Shown: positions 1-9,031 of the stretch, piece after piece | How positions within the stretch are numbered: the first letter of the stretch is position 1 | Layout of the letters: every line of letters begins with the position of its first letter | Origin: a virus | Lineage: Duplodnaviria > Caudoviricetes | Direction: 5' to 3' (one strand) | Virus record (IMG/VR): IMGVR_UViG_3300015603_000051 | Span: 1,358-65,357 of that record | DNA length: 64,000 nucleotides | The notes under the pieces: generated by a model | What the model saw: only the letters and a program-made list of their open reading frames with translations | What the model was told of the DNA's origin: nothing | Database searches by the model: none | Program-made: the position numbers and the translations under genes

Positions 1-505
1 AAGTGAAGTGTAGCAGATTGAACGGAAAATAGCCACACTAAACAGTGGAGTGATCGAGATACAACAGTACTACATAGTAACGTGTAACGTAAACACGAAC
101 TGTGCTGTTTTTTTAATCAGATAAGTGTTTTCTACGATTTCATAATGTGAAATGCAGATTTACCTAAAAAGTGCTCAAGACGAGCATCATGTTCCATGCG
201 TAACGAGTCGTACTTTGGAGGCTGTTACGCCTAAGAGTGAGGCTGGGCGCGGGTTTCAGCTTTTTGTAACAGCCAAAGTGGGGTTTTCCAGAAATTATGA
301 GAGTTCCAGAGAAAGGGAGAGAAAAAGCCCTCAAAAGGGAGTACAAATGACAACAAAAACGAAAACAGCATCGACTCTCATAAAATAAAGGTATTACTAT
401 CTATTTATAATCTTATAAGTAGTAGTAGTAGTAGTATACCCGATGCCCGCTCGCCCTATGCCCAATACTCCCGGAACCCACGCCCAGCTTCACTCTTCGA
501 GAATT

Positions 506-524
506 TGTTGTGGCTGCCACAACA
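506..524. repeat. 19-bp palindrome TGTTGTGGCTGCCACAACA, copy 1
   Basis: Exact match to the dispersed palindrome; intergenic. Confidence 0.95.
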
Positions 525-780
525 TTAGCAGTATGTTACGAAAAGCCCGTTTTCTTGTAACAAAGTTGTTGTAACAATAACGAATCGTCTGTTTCGCGCC
601 TAAAAAATAGGCAGTTTCCGCGTGTACTCCCCCGCAGTATGAAGAACTGGCATCGACCCCCGCGCTATCCTTATCCTACGGACTTTTCTATAGATAACAA
701 CCTAAGAAACCTTCACGCGATGAATGCGAGCTGTTTAGTGGTACGTCGGCTAGGCGCGCTATGCGCAGGCGCGGCGACCA

Positions 781-799
781 TGTTGTGGCTGCCACAACA
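781..799. repeat. 19-bp palindrome, copy 2
   Basis: Exact TGTTGTGGCTGCCACAACA. Confidence 0.95.
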
Positions 800-918
800 A
801 CCAACTAATAAAGACCTTACGCTTTTAAGTCAAGCCCTTTCATGTCGCCGAAGGCGACCTGTTTTGATACCAGTTCCTGTTGCCAAAAGGCAACTAAATG
901 GTAGAGAATTTTAGGCGC

Positions 919-943
919 AAAAAAGCCCCGCTTTCGCGGGGCT
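919..943 (-). terminator. Rho-independent terminator
   Basis: Minus-strand hairpin AGCCCCGC-GAAA-GCGGGGCT followed by a T run, just after the stop of 961..1683. Confidence 0.85.
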
Positions 944-960
944 GGATTAAGTTGCGGAGT

Positions 961-1683
961 TTATTTAGCTTTAGCGTTTTTCAGCAATTCCGCTGATACG
1001 ACCGCCAGCAGGTCAGCTGCCATTTTGGCTATCGCCTTTGCTTTCGGCTTAGCCGTTTTATTCGCAGGATTTTCGCACCAGCACGTTAACATCTCGGCAA
1101 GCGCAGGAAGACCGGCGAAAGATTCCTCTTTTAAGGCGCTGAAACTTACGAACATTTTGCCGTCTGGCGTCTTTGCCTTTGCGCCTCTTTCCCGCTTTAC
1201 GCCGTCAGCATCGACCGATTTAGCCAAAAATTGCTGTATATCTACACCTTGTTTTAAACTGCCCTGAATAACTTTCCGAATGTCAGCACAACGCGACCGA
1301 ATGTTATTCGCCAGTCTAATCATGTCAGGCGCGATTCCTTTCGTCTTGCAAGTTGCAAGATAGGCGGATTCTACAGCGGACGAAAATTCAGCATACAGGA
1401 CGCCCTGCTTGGCAACATCGGTGCTGCCTGCCATTGCATTATGGATAATTGTCGTGCAGATCTTCAGGTCCAGAATTGCTTTACACTGAACGGCGATCAG
1501 TGCATTAAGCGATCCGCTTGCTGCCTGCTGGTCTGCCTGCGTGCTGCCGATAGCGGTTGCAATGATCTTGAGAGCAGGAAGGGCCTTACGCGCTTGCACA
1601 GCGTCCGCTTTTGCTTTTGCTGCAATTGCTTTTGCGTTAGCGGCGGCGGTTGCAACTGATACCTTGGTGGTTTGCTTGGTCAT
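961..1683 (-). CDS. Ala/Lys-rich hypothetical protein (240 aa), stand-alone transcription unit
   Basis: Long ORF with AGGAG RBS, its own sigma70-like promoter and a terminator. Confidence 0.8.
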   Translation of the reverse strand: MTKQTTKVSVATAAANAKAIAAKAKADAVQARKALPALKIIATAIGSTQADQQAASGSLNALIAVQCKAILDLKICTTIIHNAMAGSTDVAKQGVLYAEFSSAVESAYLATCKTKGIAPDMIRLANNIRSRCADIRKVIQGSLKQGVDIQQFLAKSVDADGVKRERGAKAKTPDGKMFVSFSALKEESFAGLPALAEMLTCWCENPANKTAKPKAKAIAKMAADLLAVVSAELLKNAKAK

Positions 1684-1735
1684 GACTATCTCCTAATAAG
1701 TTGTTTTGCTTCATGTGCGAAAGTGCACAGTTCCT

Positions 1736-1764
1736 ATTATCAGGATTTAACTGTACATTGTCAA
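1736..1764 (-). promoter_or_regulatory. sigma70-like promoter
   Basis: TTGACA-17 nt-GATAAT on the minus strand upstream of 961..1683. Confidence 0.75.
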
Positions 1765-1773
1765 GTGATATCG

Positions 1774-1792
1774 TGTAGTGGCTGCCACTACA
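1774..1792. repeat. 19-bp palindrome, compensatory variant (copy 3)
   Basis: TGTAGTGGCTGCCACTACA: two symmetric substitutions keep the palindrome; about 10 bp upstream of the -35 box. Confidence 0.9.
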
Positions 1793-2014
1793 GCACAATC
1801 CCGCGCCGCCGCGCCGCGTACCGCGCCAGCCCCCCTTGGCGACCCCACCGCCCCCCTACCCCGACTTTTCGGCGCCCGCGCGCCCGCGCGCGTCCCTCCT
1901 AATCCAGACAAACATTTACCATAGTTGACCAATTAACAACACACTCCGTCCATTTAATAGCAAAAAAGCAAGTAGACAAAAAGACCTACTCCCTAAAAAA
2001 TTTTTCACAAAAAT

Positions 2015-2044
2015 TTGACATGACATACACACCCATGATATAAA
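2015..2044 (+). promoter_or_regulatory. putative promoter of the packaging/late operon
   Basis: TTGACA at 2015 and TATAAA at 2039 (18-nt spacer), upstream of terS. Confidence 0.5.
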
Positions 2045-2079
2045 CTCGGCAACCACTACATCTAGGGGTATACAGCACG

Positions 2080-2652
2080 ATGCCCACTACATCTGCCGCT
2101 TTCGAACCTGAAGTATTCATCCTGCCCCTTCCGCTCGACTTCGATGACGAGCCCTTGGGCGACGTACTCACACGCGCTAACTCTCTGTGCGGCTCCGCCG
2201 AAGCGATAACCGCCGCCATGCACACGACCGGCCAGCCGCTGGCCCACAACGTCTCCGAGCAGGACCACATTGAAGCGCAGAAACTATTCCAAGCCCCCGC
2301 CAAGTCCCTCAACGACACCCCCACCAGCGTAGCCATTGTCTTAACGGCACTGCTGCAGGAATACGATCGCGAGTTCATCGTCAATGCCCAGCAGATACGA
2401 AACATCTGCATCAACACCCTGCTCGAGACGGTGAGCAAAGGCAAGACGACAGAGAAGCTGCGGGCCGTCGAGCTGCTGGGCAAAGTGGCTGACGTCGGCC
2501 TGTTCGTAGAGCGGACCCACCAAGTGATCGAGCACCGCCCTGATGAAGACCTGAAGCAAATGCTCAAGGACAAGCTGGGTAAACTGCGTACCATCGTCTC
2601 CGCCCAGCCGGCCCCCGAAGAAGTCACATTCTCGGAAGTGCCCACAGCATGA
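2080..2652 (+). CDS. probable terminase small subunit
   Basis: 190 aa, overlaps the TerL start (ATGA); LRAVELLGK..VGLF motif typical of the gene in this position. Confidence 0.65.
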   Translation: MPTTSAAFEPEVFILPLPLDFDDEPLGDVLTRANSLCGSAEAITAAMHTTGQPLAHNVSEQDHIEAQKLFQAPAKSLNDTPTSVAIVLTALLQEYDREFIVNAQQIRNICINTLLETVSKGKTTEKLRAVELLGKVADVGLFVERTHQVIEHRPDEDLKQMLKDKLGKLRTIVSAQPAPEEVTFSEVPTA

Positions 2653-5093
2653 GCACCAACAGCACAGCGTTCGACGACTTCACCACAGAAGAGTTGTCGT
2701 TCCTTGTGGACAACATGGACAAGCTGCCACGGCATGAACAGGTCGAACTGCAGACCGTGATCGAGACGCTGACCGCACGCAACGCCAGAAAAGCAGCGCA
2801 ACTGCACTTCCTAGATTTTATGTCCGCCGTTGAGCCATCCATGCTCCAAGGGCCGCAACACAAGATTATTGCCAGTGCGTTCGATCGGATCAGGAATGGT
2901 ACGTTGAAGCGGGTGATTATCAACATCGCGCCACGGCATTCCAAAAGCACAATGTCCAGCTATTTATTCCCTGCATTTTTCTTAGGGAATTTTCCTAATA
3001 AACAAATTATCATGGCATCGCACACCGCTGACCTCGCGGTTGACTTCGGTAGAAAAGTGCGTAACTTGGTAGCCTCTCCCGCTTACACCGAGGTATTCCC
3101 CGGCGTCGCGCTGGCCGCTGACTCGAAGGCGGCAGGCAGATGGAACACCAACTCGGGCGGTCTGTATTATGCCCTCGGTGTGGGTGGTGCGATGGCGGGC
3201 CGTGGTGGTGACTTGGTTATCATCGATGATCCCCACAGCGAACAAGAGGCCAAGTCGGGCAACCCTGCGATCTTCGATGCCGCCTATGAGTGGTATCAGT
3301 CCGGTCCACGCCAGCGACTCCAGCCGGGAGGGGCCATTGTTGTCTTAATGTGCATGGTCGGCGGGACCGACGTACTGCGGGCAGACGGCTCAACAACTAA
3401 GCTGCGGGACATTCGCCCCGGCGACGAAGTGGCAACCTTTGAAAATGGCGAGATAACAACGTCGCGTGTAAACAACTGGATGTCAAGTGGTGTTGATTCC
3501 ATATATACAATACAAACACAATCTGGCATAATACTCCAAGCGAACGAGAGACACCCGTTTCTTGTGGATTTTGATGGAGTGAAAAAATGGACAAGATTGC
3601 GCGACCTGAAACCGGGCATGTTGCTTGTAGCATCGAAGGCTGCAACAGACCCGCAAGAAGCAAAACAAAACCCGGACTCTGCCACGCTTGCCAAGCAAGC
3701 GCTTGCTACCACAAGAAAAATCCAGACGCCCCGCATAGAGGCATTGGGCACCACGGTAAGTGGAAAGGAGTGCTGTGCGCATGCGGAGAACCAGCAAAGA
3801 GCAAAGGGCTGTGCGCTGGATGCTATAGAAGAGAGTTCCCGCCAGCAAAACCTACGTCAGAAAAAACAAGAGCAAGCCGCATCAAACACAGGTACGGAAT
3901 CACAGCTGAACAGTTCGATGAAATGCTGCTCGCACAAGGCGGGCGATGTGCTGTCTGTGGAGAACTGCCAACCAAAACAAATACACGCGCACACTGGAAC
4001 GGAAAGCTGTGCATCGACCACTGCCACGATACAAACGAAGTCAGAGGGTTGCTGTGCAACAACTGTAACCTCGCAGTTGGCTACGGTGAAACTCCAGAAA
4101 AACTCGAACGAGCCGCTGAGTACCTACGTCGTTTTCTTAGACGAGATAGTTAGTATTGTTGAATCCGGCAGCGAAGAAGTTTTTGATGTAGAAATTGACC
4201 GCACTGAAAACTTCATCGCTAACGGTGTAGTAAGCCACAATACTCGCTGGAACAAGCGAGATTTAACGGGCCGACTCATAGAAAATATGGTCCGAAGCCC
4301 GGACGGCGACGAGTGGGAAGTCATCGAGCTGCCGGCCATACTCCCAAGCGGGCTGCCCTTGTGGCCGGACTTCTGGCCGCTGGAGGAATTGAATGCCATC
4401 AAGGCAACGATTGACACCCGCTACTGGCAGGCCCAGTACATGCAGAACCCCGTCAGCGACGAGGGTGCACTCATTAAGCGGGAGTGGTGGCGGCTGTGGG
4501 AGGAAGACCAACCCCCTGCCTGTGAGTTCATATTGGGTTCCCTCGACGCTGCAGCAGAGGTAAATAATCGGGCTGACTATACCTCCATCACGATCTGGGG
4601 CGTGTTCTATCGCCCGGACGAAGCCACCGGGGAACGGGTGGCCAACATCATATTGCTGGAGTCTATTCGCGAGCGGATGGAGTTCCCTGAACTGAAAGAG
4701 TGTGCCTACAGAGTTTACAAAGATTGGGAACTTGATGCATTCATCGTTGAGAAAAAGTCTGCCGGCACCCAGCTGTACCAAGAAATGCGAGCAGCAGGAG
4801 TGCCTGTATCGGAGTTTACCCCCACAAGGGCTACAGGTGACAAGTTCGCACGACTTAACGCTGTGGCTGACATTGTGCGCTCGGGACTCGTGTGGTATCC
4901 GGCGGGTAAACGATGGGCAGAAGAATTGGTGGATGAAATCGCAGGATTCCCCTCCTACGGCTCAGACGATCGTGTAGACACCACATCCATGGCGCTGGCG
5001 CGCTTCCGCAGCGGCGGGTTTATCCGCCTGCCCTCCGACCGGTGGGACGATGACAATGAGAAGACCTACCATCGCCCACGTAAATATTACTAA
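2649..5093 (+). CDS. terL: terminase large subunit with intein (814-aa precursor, 517 aa spliced)
   Basis: Walker A-like APRHSKS, Walker B IIDDP, coupling motif M|TRW split by an intein, RNase H-like C-terminal domain (SLDAA, DDRVD). Confidence 0.95.
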   Translation: MSTNSTAFDDFTTEELSFLVDNMDKLPRHEQVELQTVIETLTARNARKAAQLHFLDFMSAVEPSMLQGPQHKIIASAFDRIRNGTLKRVIINIAPRHSKSTMSSYLFPAFFLGNFPNKQIIMASHTADLAVDFGRKVRNLVASPAYTEVFPGVALAADSKAAGRWNTNSGGLYYALGVGGAMAGRGGDLVIIDDPHSEQEAKSGNPAIFDAAYEWYQSGPRQRLQPGGAIVVLMCMVGGTDVLRADGSTTKLRDIRPGDEVATFENGEITTSRVNNWMSSGVDSIYTIQTQSGIILQANERHPFLVDFDGVKKWTRLRDLKPGMLLVASKAATDPQEAKQNPDSATLAKQALATTRKIQTPRIEALGTTVSGKECCAHAENQQRAKGCALDAIEESSRQQNLRQKKQEQAASNTGTESQLNSSMKCCSHKAGDVLSVENCQPKQIHAHTGTESCASTTATIQTKSEGCCATTVTSQLATVKLQKNSNEPLSTYVVFLDEIVSIVESGSEEVFDVEIDRTENFIANGVVSHNTRWNKRDLTGRLIENMVRSPDGDEWEVIELPAILPSGLPLWPDFWPLEELNAIKATIDTRYWQAQYMQNPVSDEGALIKREWWRLWEEDQPPACEFILGSLDAAAEVNNRADYTSITIWGVFYRPDEATGERVANIILLESIRERMEFPELKECAYRVYKDWELDAFIVEKKSAGTQLYQEMRAAGVPVSEFTPTRATGDKFARLNAVADIVRSGLVWYPAGKRWAEELVDEIAGFPSYGSDDRVDTTSMALARFRSGGFIRLPSDRWDDDNEKTYHRPRKYY
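3351..4241 (+). mobile_element. class 1 intein in TerL (297 aa) with out-of-frame endonuclease
   Basis: Starts CMVGGTDVLRADG; block B-like ANERHPF; ends VFDVEIDRTENFIANGVVSHN followed by Thr+1. Removal restores GGAIVVLM-TRW. Confidence 0.93.
3587..4153 (+). CDS. Endonuclease VII-family (His-Me finger) homing endonuclease nested in an alternative frame of the intein
   Basis: RYGIT..F..ML..QGGRCAVC, IDHCH, VRGLLCNNCN motifs; N-terminal Cys-rich Zn-finger repeats; GGAG at 3576-3579, 7 nt before ATG. Confidence 0.9.
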   Translation: MDKIARPETGHVACSIEGCNRPARSKTKPGLCHACQASACYHKKNPDAPHRGIGHHGKWKGVLCACGEPAKSKGLCAGCYRREFPPAKPTSEKTRASRIKHRYGITAEQFDEMLLAQGGRCAVCGELPTKTNTRAHWNGKLCIDHCHDTNEVRGLLCNNCNLAVGYGETPEKLERAAEYLRRFLRRDS

Positions 5094-5105
5094 AGGACCA
5101 CGACC

Positions 5106-7628
5106 ATGATCGATAAATCCCTCTCCCCCGCGCCACTCGGCCTTGATGCAATGGAAATGGACAATTTCCCAGAAGACAACCTTGAGGTCGTGATCGAAGG
5201 CTCGGACGAAGCCGCCGACGGCAGCATGATGGTCGACCTGACAGAAGGCGAGAAAACCATAACCCAGTCAATGCGGGACAACGCTCCGCACGGCGCGAAT
5301 TTGGCCGAGCTGATGGAGGAAGATGCACTCAACCGCCTGTCCTCCGACCTGCTGGAAGCGATCGATGATGATATCCAGTCGCGCGCGGAGTGGTCCAAAA
5401 CATACGTGGATGGGCTGAAATTGCTGGGGCTGAAAACGGAAGACGTAACCGAGCCGTGGGAAGGGGCGTGTAATGTGACCCACCCGCTGCTGCTGGAGTC
5501 AGTCATTCGCTTCCAAGCAGAAACCATCACGGAGACATTCCCTGCGACCGGTCCTGTCAAGACCCGCATCATTGGCGACCTGACCCCCGAGAAAGAAGCG
5601 GCGGGCCGGCGCGTGCAGGCGGACATGAACGAGGAAATTGTTGACGTGATGACGGAGTACCGCCTCGAGCATGAGCGCATGCTGCTGAACCTGCCCATCG
5701 CGGGCTCGGCGTTCAAGAAGGTGTATCACGATCCACTGCTCGGGCGTCAGACGTCGATGTTTGTCAGTGCGGAGGACTTCATCGTATCGTACGGTGCGAC
5801 CGATCTGGAGACTTGCCCACGGTATACATACCGCGCGCGGCGCACGCCGGACGAAATTGCACGCCTGCAAGACTCTGGGTTCTATCGCGACGTCGAGTTA
5901 GGCGACCCAGTACGTGACAATGAAGACGTACGTGAGCAGAAAGACAAGATTTCGGGCATTTATGAGCACAAAGAGTCGCGCCACACCAACTATGAGACGT
6001 GCGTTGACCTTGATTTAGAGGGATTTGAGTCAGAAAATGGCATTTATCGCCCCTATATCGTCACTACGGACAAAGATTCGGGGGAAATCCTGTCGATTTA
6101 CCGTAATTACGCGGAAGACGACGCCGAATTTAAGAAAATCTCCCATTTTGTGCACTATCAGTACGTAACCGGCCTTGGTTTTTACGGTTTTGGCCTGATT
6201 CACTTGGTTGGCGGGTTCGCGCAGGGCGCCACATCACTGCTCAGGCAGCTGGTGGACGCGGGCACGCTGTCGAATCTCCCCGGCGGGCTGAAAACCAAAG
6301 GGATGCGCATCAAAGGCGACGACGATCCGATCGCCCCGGGCGAGTGGCGTGACGTGGACGTACCGAGTGGCGTGTTAAAAGACAACTTGATGGCGCTGCC
6401 GTACAAAGAGCCGTCGATGGTGCTGGCTGGCCTGCTGGAGAAGATCGTGGCCGACGGGCGCAAGATGGCCGCCGTAGCCGAAATGGATATCGCAGACTTC
6501 GACTCCAATTCACCGGTGGGTACGACGCTGGCGCTGCTCGAGCGCACGCTGAAAGTCATGTCGGCCATCCAAGCGCGCGTGTACGCCTCGATGAAGCAGG
6601 AGTTCAAGATTCTGAAGGCGCTGATTAGCGAGTACGGCTCCCCAGAATATCGATACACCCCAGAAGGTGGCGACCCAGCGACCAAGAAGGCTGACTATGC
6701 GCTGGTCGATATCCTGCCGGTAGCAGACCCGAACGCGGCCACCATGGCACAGAAGATTGTGCAAATGCAGGCTGTGATCCAGCTTGCCCAGACCGCACCA
6801 CAGATATACGACTTGCCTGACTTGCACTCCCGCATGCTGGAGACAGTGGGCATGAAGAATCTGGAGAAATTGATTCCGGCGCTGAAGGGCATCAACGACC
6901 CGATCGATCCTGTGTCAGAGAATATGGCGATCCTGATGGGCAAGCCGGTCAAAGCGTTCTTGGCGCAGGACCATGAGGCCCATATCGCAGTACACCAAGC
7001 AGCAATGCAGGACCCGAAGATCATGGCGATGATGGGGCAGAACCCACAGGCGCAGATGATTTTGGCGGCGGGGCAGTCGCACCTCAGCGAGCACATTGCG
7101 TATGTCTATCGCAATCAGATCGAAGCCCAACTTGGCACTACCCTGCCGCCGCCTGACGAGCCGTTACCCGCTGAAATCGAAGTACAGCTGTCGGGGCTTC
7201 TGGCGCAGGCCGCCAAGAAGTTGCTTGAAGTCAACAAAGCAGAAACCCAGCAGCAGCAAGCGGAAGAGTCGGCCAAAGACCCTGTTGTCCAGATGCAACA
7301 AAAAGAGCTGGAAATTAAAGAACAGGAAATGCTGAACAAGAAAGACATGGCAGATAAAGAGCTGCAGCTGAAAGCGACCGCACTGCTGATGAAGAATCAG
7401 GAAGGCAAGGACAAGCTGAAGGCCGACCTGATGAAAGCGGGTGTTCAGGCGATGGGGCAGCACAGCCAGCGCAAGAGCACCGAGAAGATGGGCATGATCG
7501 GGCACATCGTCGGCGCCCACAACGAGAAGCAGCGCCTGTCGTCCCAAGAGCGCGCGCAGCTGAGACAACAAAAGCAACAACAGCAGGCACAGGAAGTTCC
7601 ATTTACTGAGAAAGGTGGTGACGAATGA
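5106..7628 (+). CDS. portal protein
   Basis: 840 aa directly after TerL; FYGFGLIHL..LRQLVDAGTLSNLPGG region and Gln-rich coiled-coil C-terminus typical of podovirus portals. Confidence 0.85.
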   Translation: MIDKSLSPAPLGLDAMEMDNFPEDNLEVVIEGSDEAADGSMMVDLTEGEKTITQSMRDNAPHGANLAELMEEDALNRLSSDLLEAIDDDIQSRAEWSKTYVDGLKLLGLKTEDVTEPWEGACNVTHPLLLESVIRFQAETITETFPATGPVKTRIIGDLTPEKEAAGRRVQADMNEEIVDVMTEYRLEHERMLLNLPIAGSAFKKVYHDPLLGRQTSMFVSAEDFIVSYGATDLETCPRYTYRARRTPDEIARLQDSGFYRDVELGDPVRDNEDVREQKDKISGIYEHKESRHTNYETCVDLDLEGFESENGIYRPYIVTTDKDSGEILSIYRNYAEDDAEFKKISHFVHYQYVTGLGFYGFGLIHLVGGFAQGATSLLRQLVDAGTLSNLPGGLKTKGMRIKGDDDPIAPGEWRDVDVPSGVLKDNLMALPYKEPSMVLAGLLEKIVADGRKMAAVAEMDIADFDSNSPVGTTLALLERTLKVMSAIQARVYASMKQEFKILKALISEYGSPEYRYTPEGGDPATKKADYALVDILPVADPNAATMAQKIVQMQAVIQLAQTAPQIYDLPDLHSRMLETVGMKNLEKLIPALKGINDPIDPVSENMAILMGKPVKAFLAQDHEAHIAVHQAAMQDPKIMAMMGQNPQAQMILAAGQSHLSEHIAYVYRNQIEAQLGTTLPPPDEPLPAEIEVQLSGLLAQAAKKLLEVNKAETQQQQAEESAKDPVVQMQQKELEIKEQEMLNKKDMADKELQLKATALLMKNQEGKDKLKADLMKAGVQAMGQHSQRKSTEKMGMIGHIVGAHNEKQRLSSQERAQLRQQKQQQQAQEVPFTEKGGDE

Positions 7629-7813
7629 TCTATATGTTTGACGCCCGGGTGAAGGCTGCAGTGAGCGCAGATATTGCCAACATCACTGCCCAGCTGTCTG
7701 AAGGGCACGCCCAGAGTTATGAAGAGTATAAGTTTAAGGTAGGTATCCTGCGGGGGCTACGTATGGCCCTGCAGAGCCTCGACGAAATCGCAATCACACT
7801 CAAAGACCAATAG
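7625..7813 (+). CDS. small head-module protein
   Basis: Overlaps the portal stop; SYEEYK..VG..RGL motif. Confidence 0.7.
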   Translation: MIYMFDARVKAAVSADIANITAQLSEGHAQSYEEYKFKVGILRGLRMALQSLDEIAITLKDQ

Positions 7814-7822
7814 GAGAAGACC

Positions 7823-7972
7823 ATGGCAACGAAGAAAGAAAAACCAGAAGTATCTGTTGAAAACGTATTAGCAGGTTTGATGGAAGAAGTTCTGCAGGCA
7901 GTGGAATATGCAAACGACGAAGTAAAGCACACGATCAGGGCGCTCGTTGCCAAGATCAAAACACACCTATAA
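7823..7972 (+). CDS. small hypothetical protein (49 aa; not in ORF track)
   Basis: AGGAG RBS, then MATKKEKPEV...KTHL; fills the gap between neighbours. Confidence 0.65.
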   Translation: MATKKEKPEVSVENVLAGLMEEVLQAVEYANDEVKHTIRALVAKIKTHL

Positions 7973-7987
7973 TTTTTTGGAGGAACA

Positions 7988-8359
7988 ATGGATAAGAAAG
8001 AACTGAGCCAGCAGGAACTTGAAGACGCGCTTCCAAAGCCGTCTGGCCACAAGATGCTTGTTGCTCTGCCGAAAGTAGCTGACACATTCGATGGTTCGAT
8101 AATTCAAAAAATTGATTCGACCAAGAATGCTGAAACCATTACCTCGGTAGTGGCACTCGTACTGGACCTCGGACCAGATGCATATCAAGACAAAGAGCGG
8201 TTCCCGTCCGGCCCATGGTGCAAAGCAGGCGATTACGTCCTGATGCGCCCATACCAAGGCACGCGGTTCCACCTCAACGGACAAGAGTTTCGTATTGTAA
8301 ATGACGACGCTGTGGACGGAACCGTAGCGGACCCGAAAGGGTATAACCGTGCTGGATAA
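7988..8359 (+). CDS. GroES/Cpn10-like co-chaperonin
   Basis: P.G..MLV, VL.LGPDAY, PWCKAGDYV, FRIVNDDAV.G.V motifs of phage GroES-like proteins. Confidence 0.85.
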   Translation: MDKKELSQQELEDALPKPSGHKMLVALPKVADTFDGSIIQKIDSTKNAETITSVVALVLDLGPDAYQDKERFPSGPWCKAGDYVLMRPYQGTRFHLNGQEFRIVNDDAVDGTVADPKGYNRAG

Positions 8360-9020
8360 GCGCTGTTACACATGCAAAGAAGTTAAGCCTGTTGCATCTT
8401 TCAGTAAGTGCAGCAGAGAGAAAGACGGGCTTAATGGTCGCTGTAAGGCATGCGTAAAGGTAAATATCAATAGGGTAAAGGCTGCGGAAAAATATGTACC
8501 TGCAGAAAAAGCGTGCACTTGTTGTAAAAAAGTAAAGTGCAGCAGTGAATTTTACCCGAGCAGAGTGACTTCTACAGGGATATCGTCAGAGTGCAAGGAT
8601 TGTAGCGTCCGTAGAGCATCTATGTATCAGGCAGCAAATAAGCATCAGTGCAACGCTAGAAAATTTAAGTGGAGTGCGGCGAACCCGGAAAAGAGGGCAA
8701 AAGCATCGTCCGAATTTACGGCGCGTAATAAGCCCTACTACGCGGCAGCAACTAGCAAATATAGATATACAAAATCTAACGCAGCTCCACCGTGGCTTAC
8801 TGAGTGCGATTTGTGGATGATACAAGAAGCGTATGACTTAGCGAAGTTGCGTGAGCATATGCTGGGGGGCAAGTGGGAAGTTGACCACATTGTACCAATA
8901 CAAGGGAAGACGGTAAGTGGATTACACGTACCGTGGAACTTGCAGGTAATACCTATGAATGTTAATAGGCGAAAAAGTAACAAATTAGAAGTTGAATCTC
9001 GTGGATATTCCCGCGCTTAA
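8349..9020 (+). CDS. HNH homing endonuclease (free-standing)
   Basis: N-terminal CxxC repeats; PPWL, EVDHIVPIQGKTVSGLHVPWNLQVI..N..KSN; looks more AT-rich than its flanks. Confidence 0.9.
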   Translation: MLDKRCYTCKEVKPVASFSKCSREKDGLNGRCKACVKVNINRVKAAEKYVPAEKACTCCKKVKCSSEFYPSRVTSTGISSECKDCSVRRASMYQAANKHQCNARKFKWSAANPEKRAKASSEFTARNKPYYAAATSKYRYTKSNAAPPWLTECDLWMIQEAYDLAKLREHMLGGKWEVDHIVPIQGKTVSGLHVPWNLQVIPMNVNRRKSNKLEVESRGYSRA

Positions 9021-9031
9021 AGGAGAAAAAT

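Noticed and set aside
3581-3589. GAAAAAATG as a -1 frameshift site fusing TerL to the endonuclease
   Set aside because: Not a canonical slippery heptamer, and a well-spaced GGAG plus ATG explains independent initiation. Not fully excluded.
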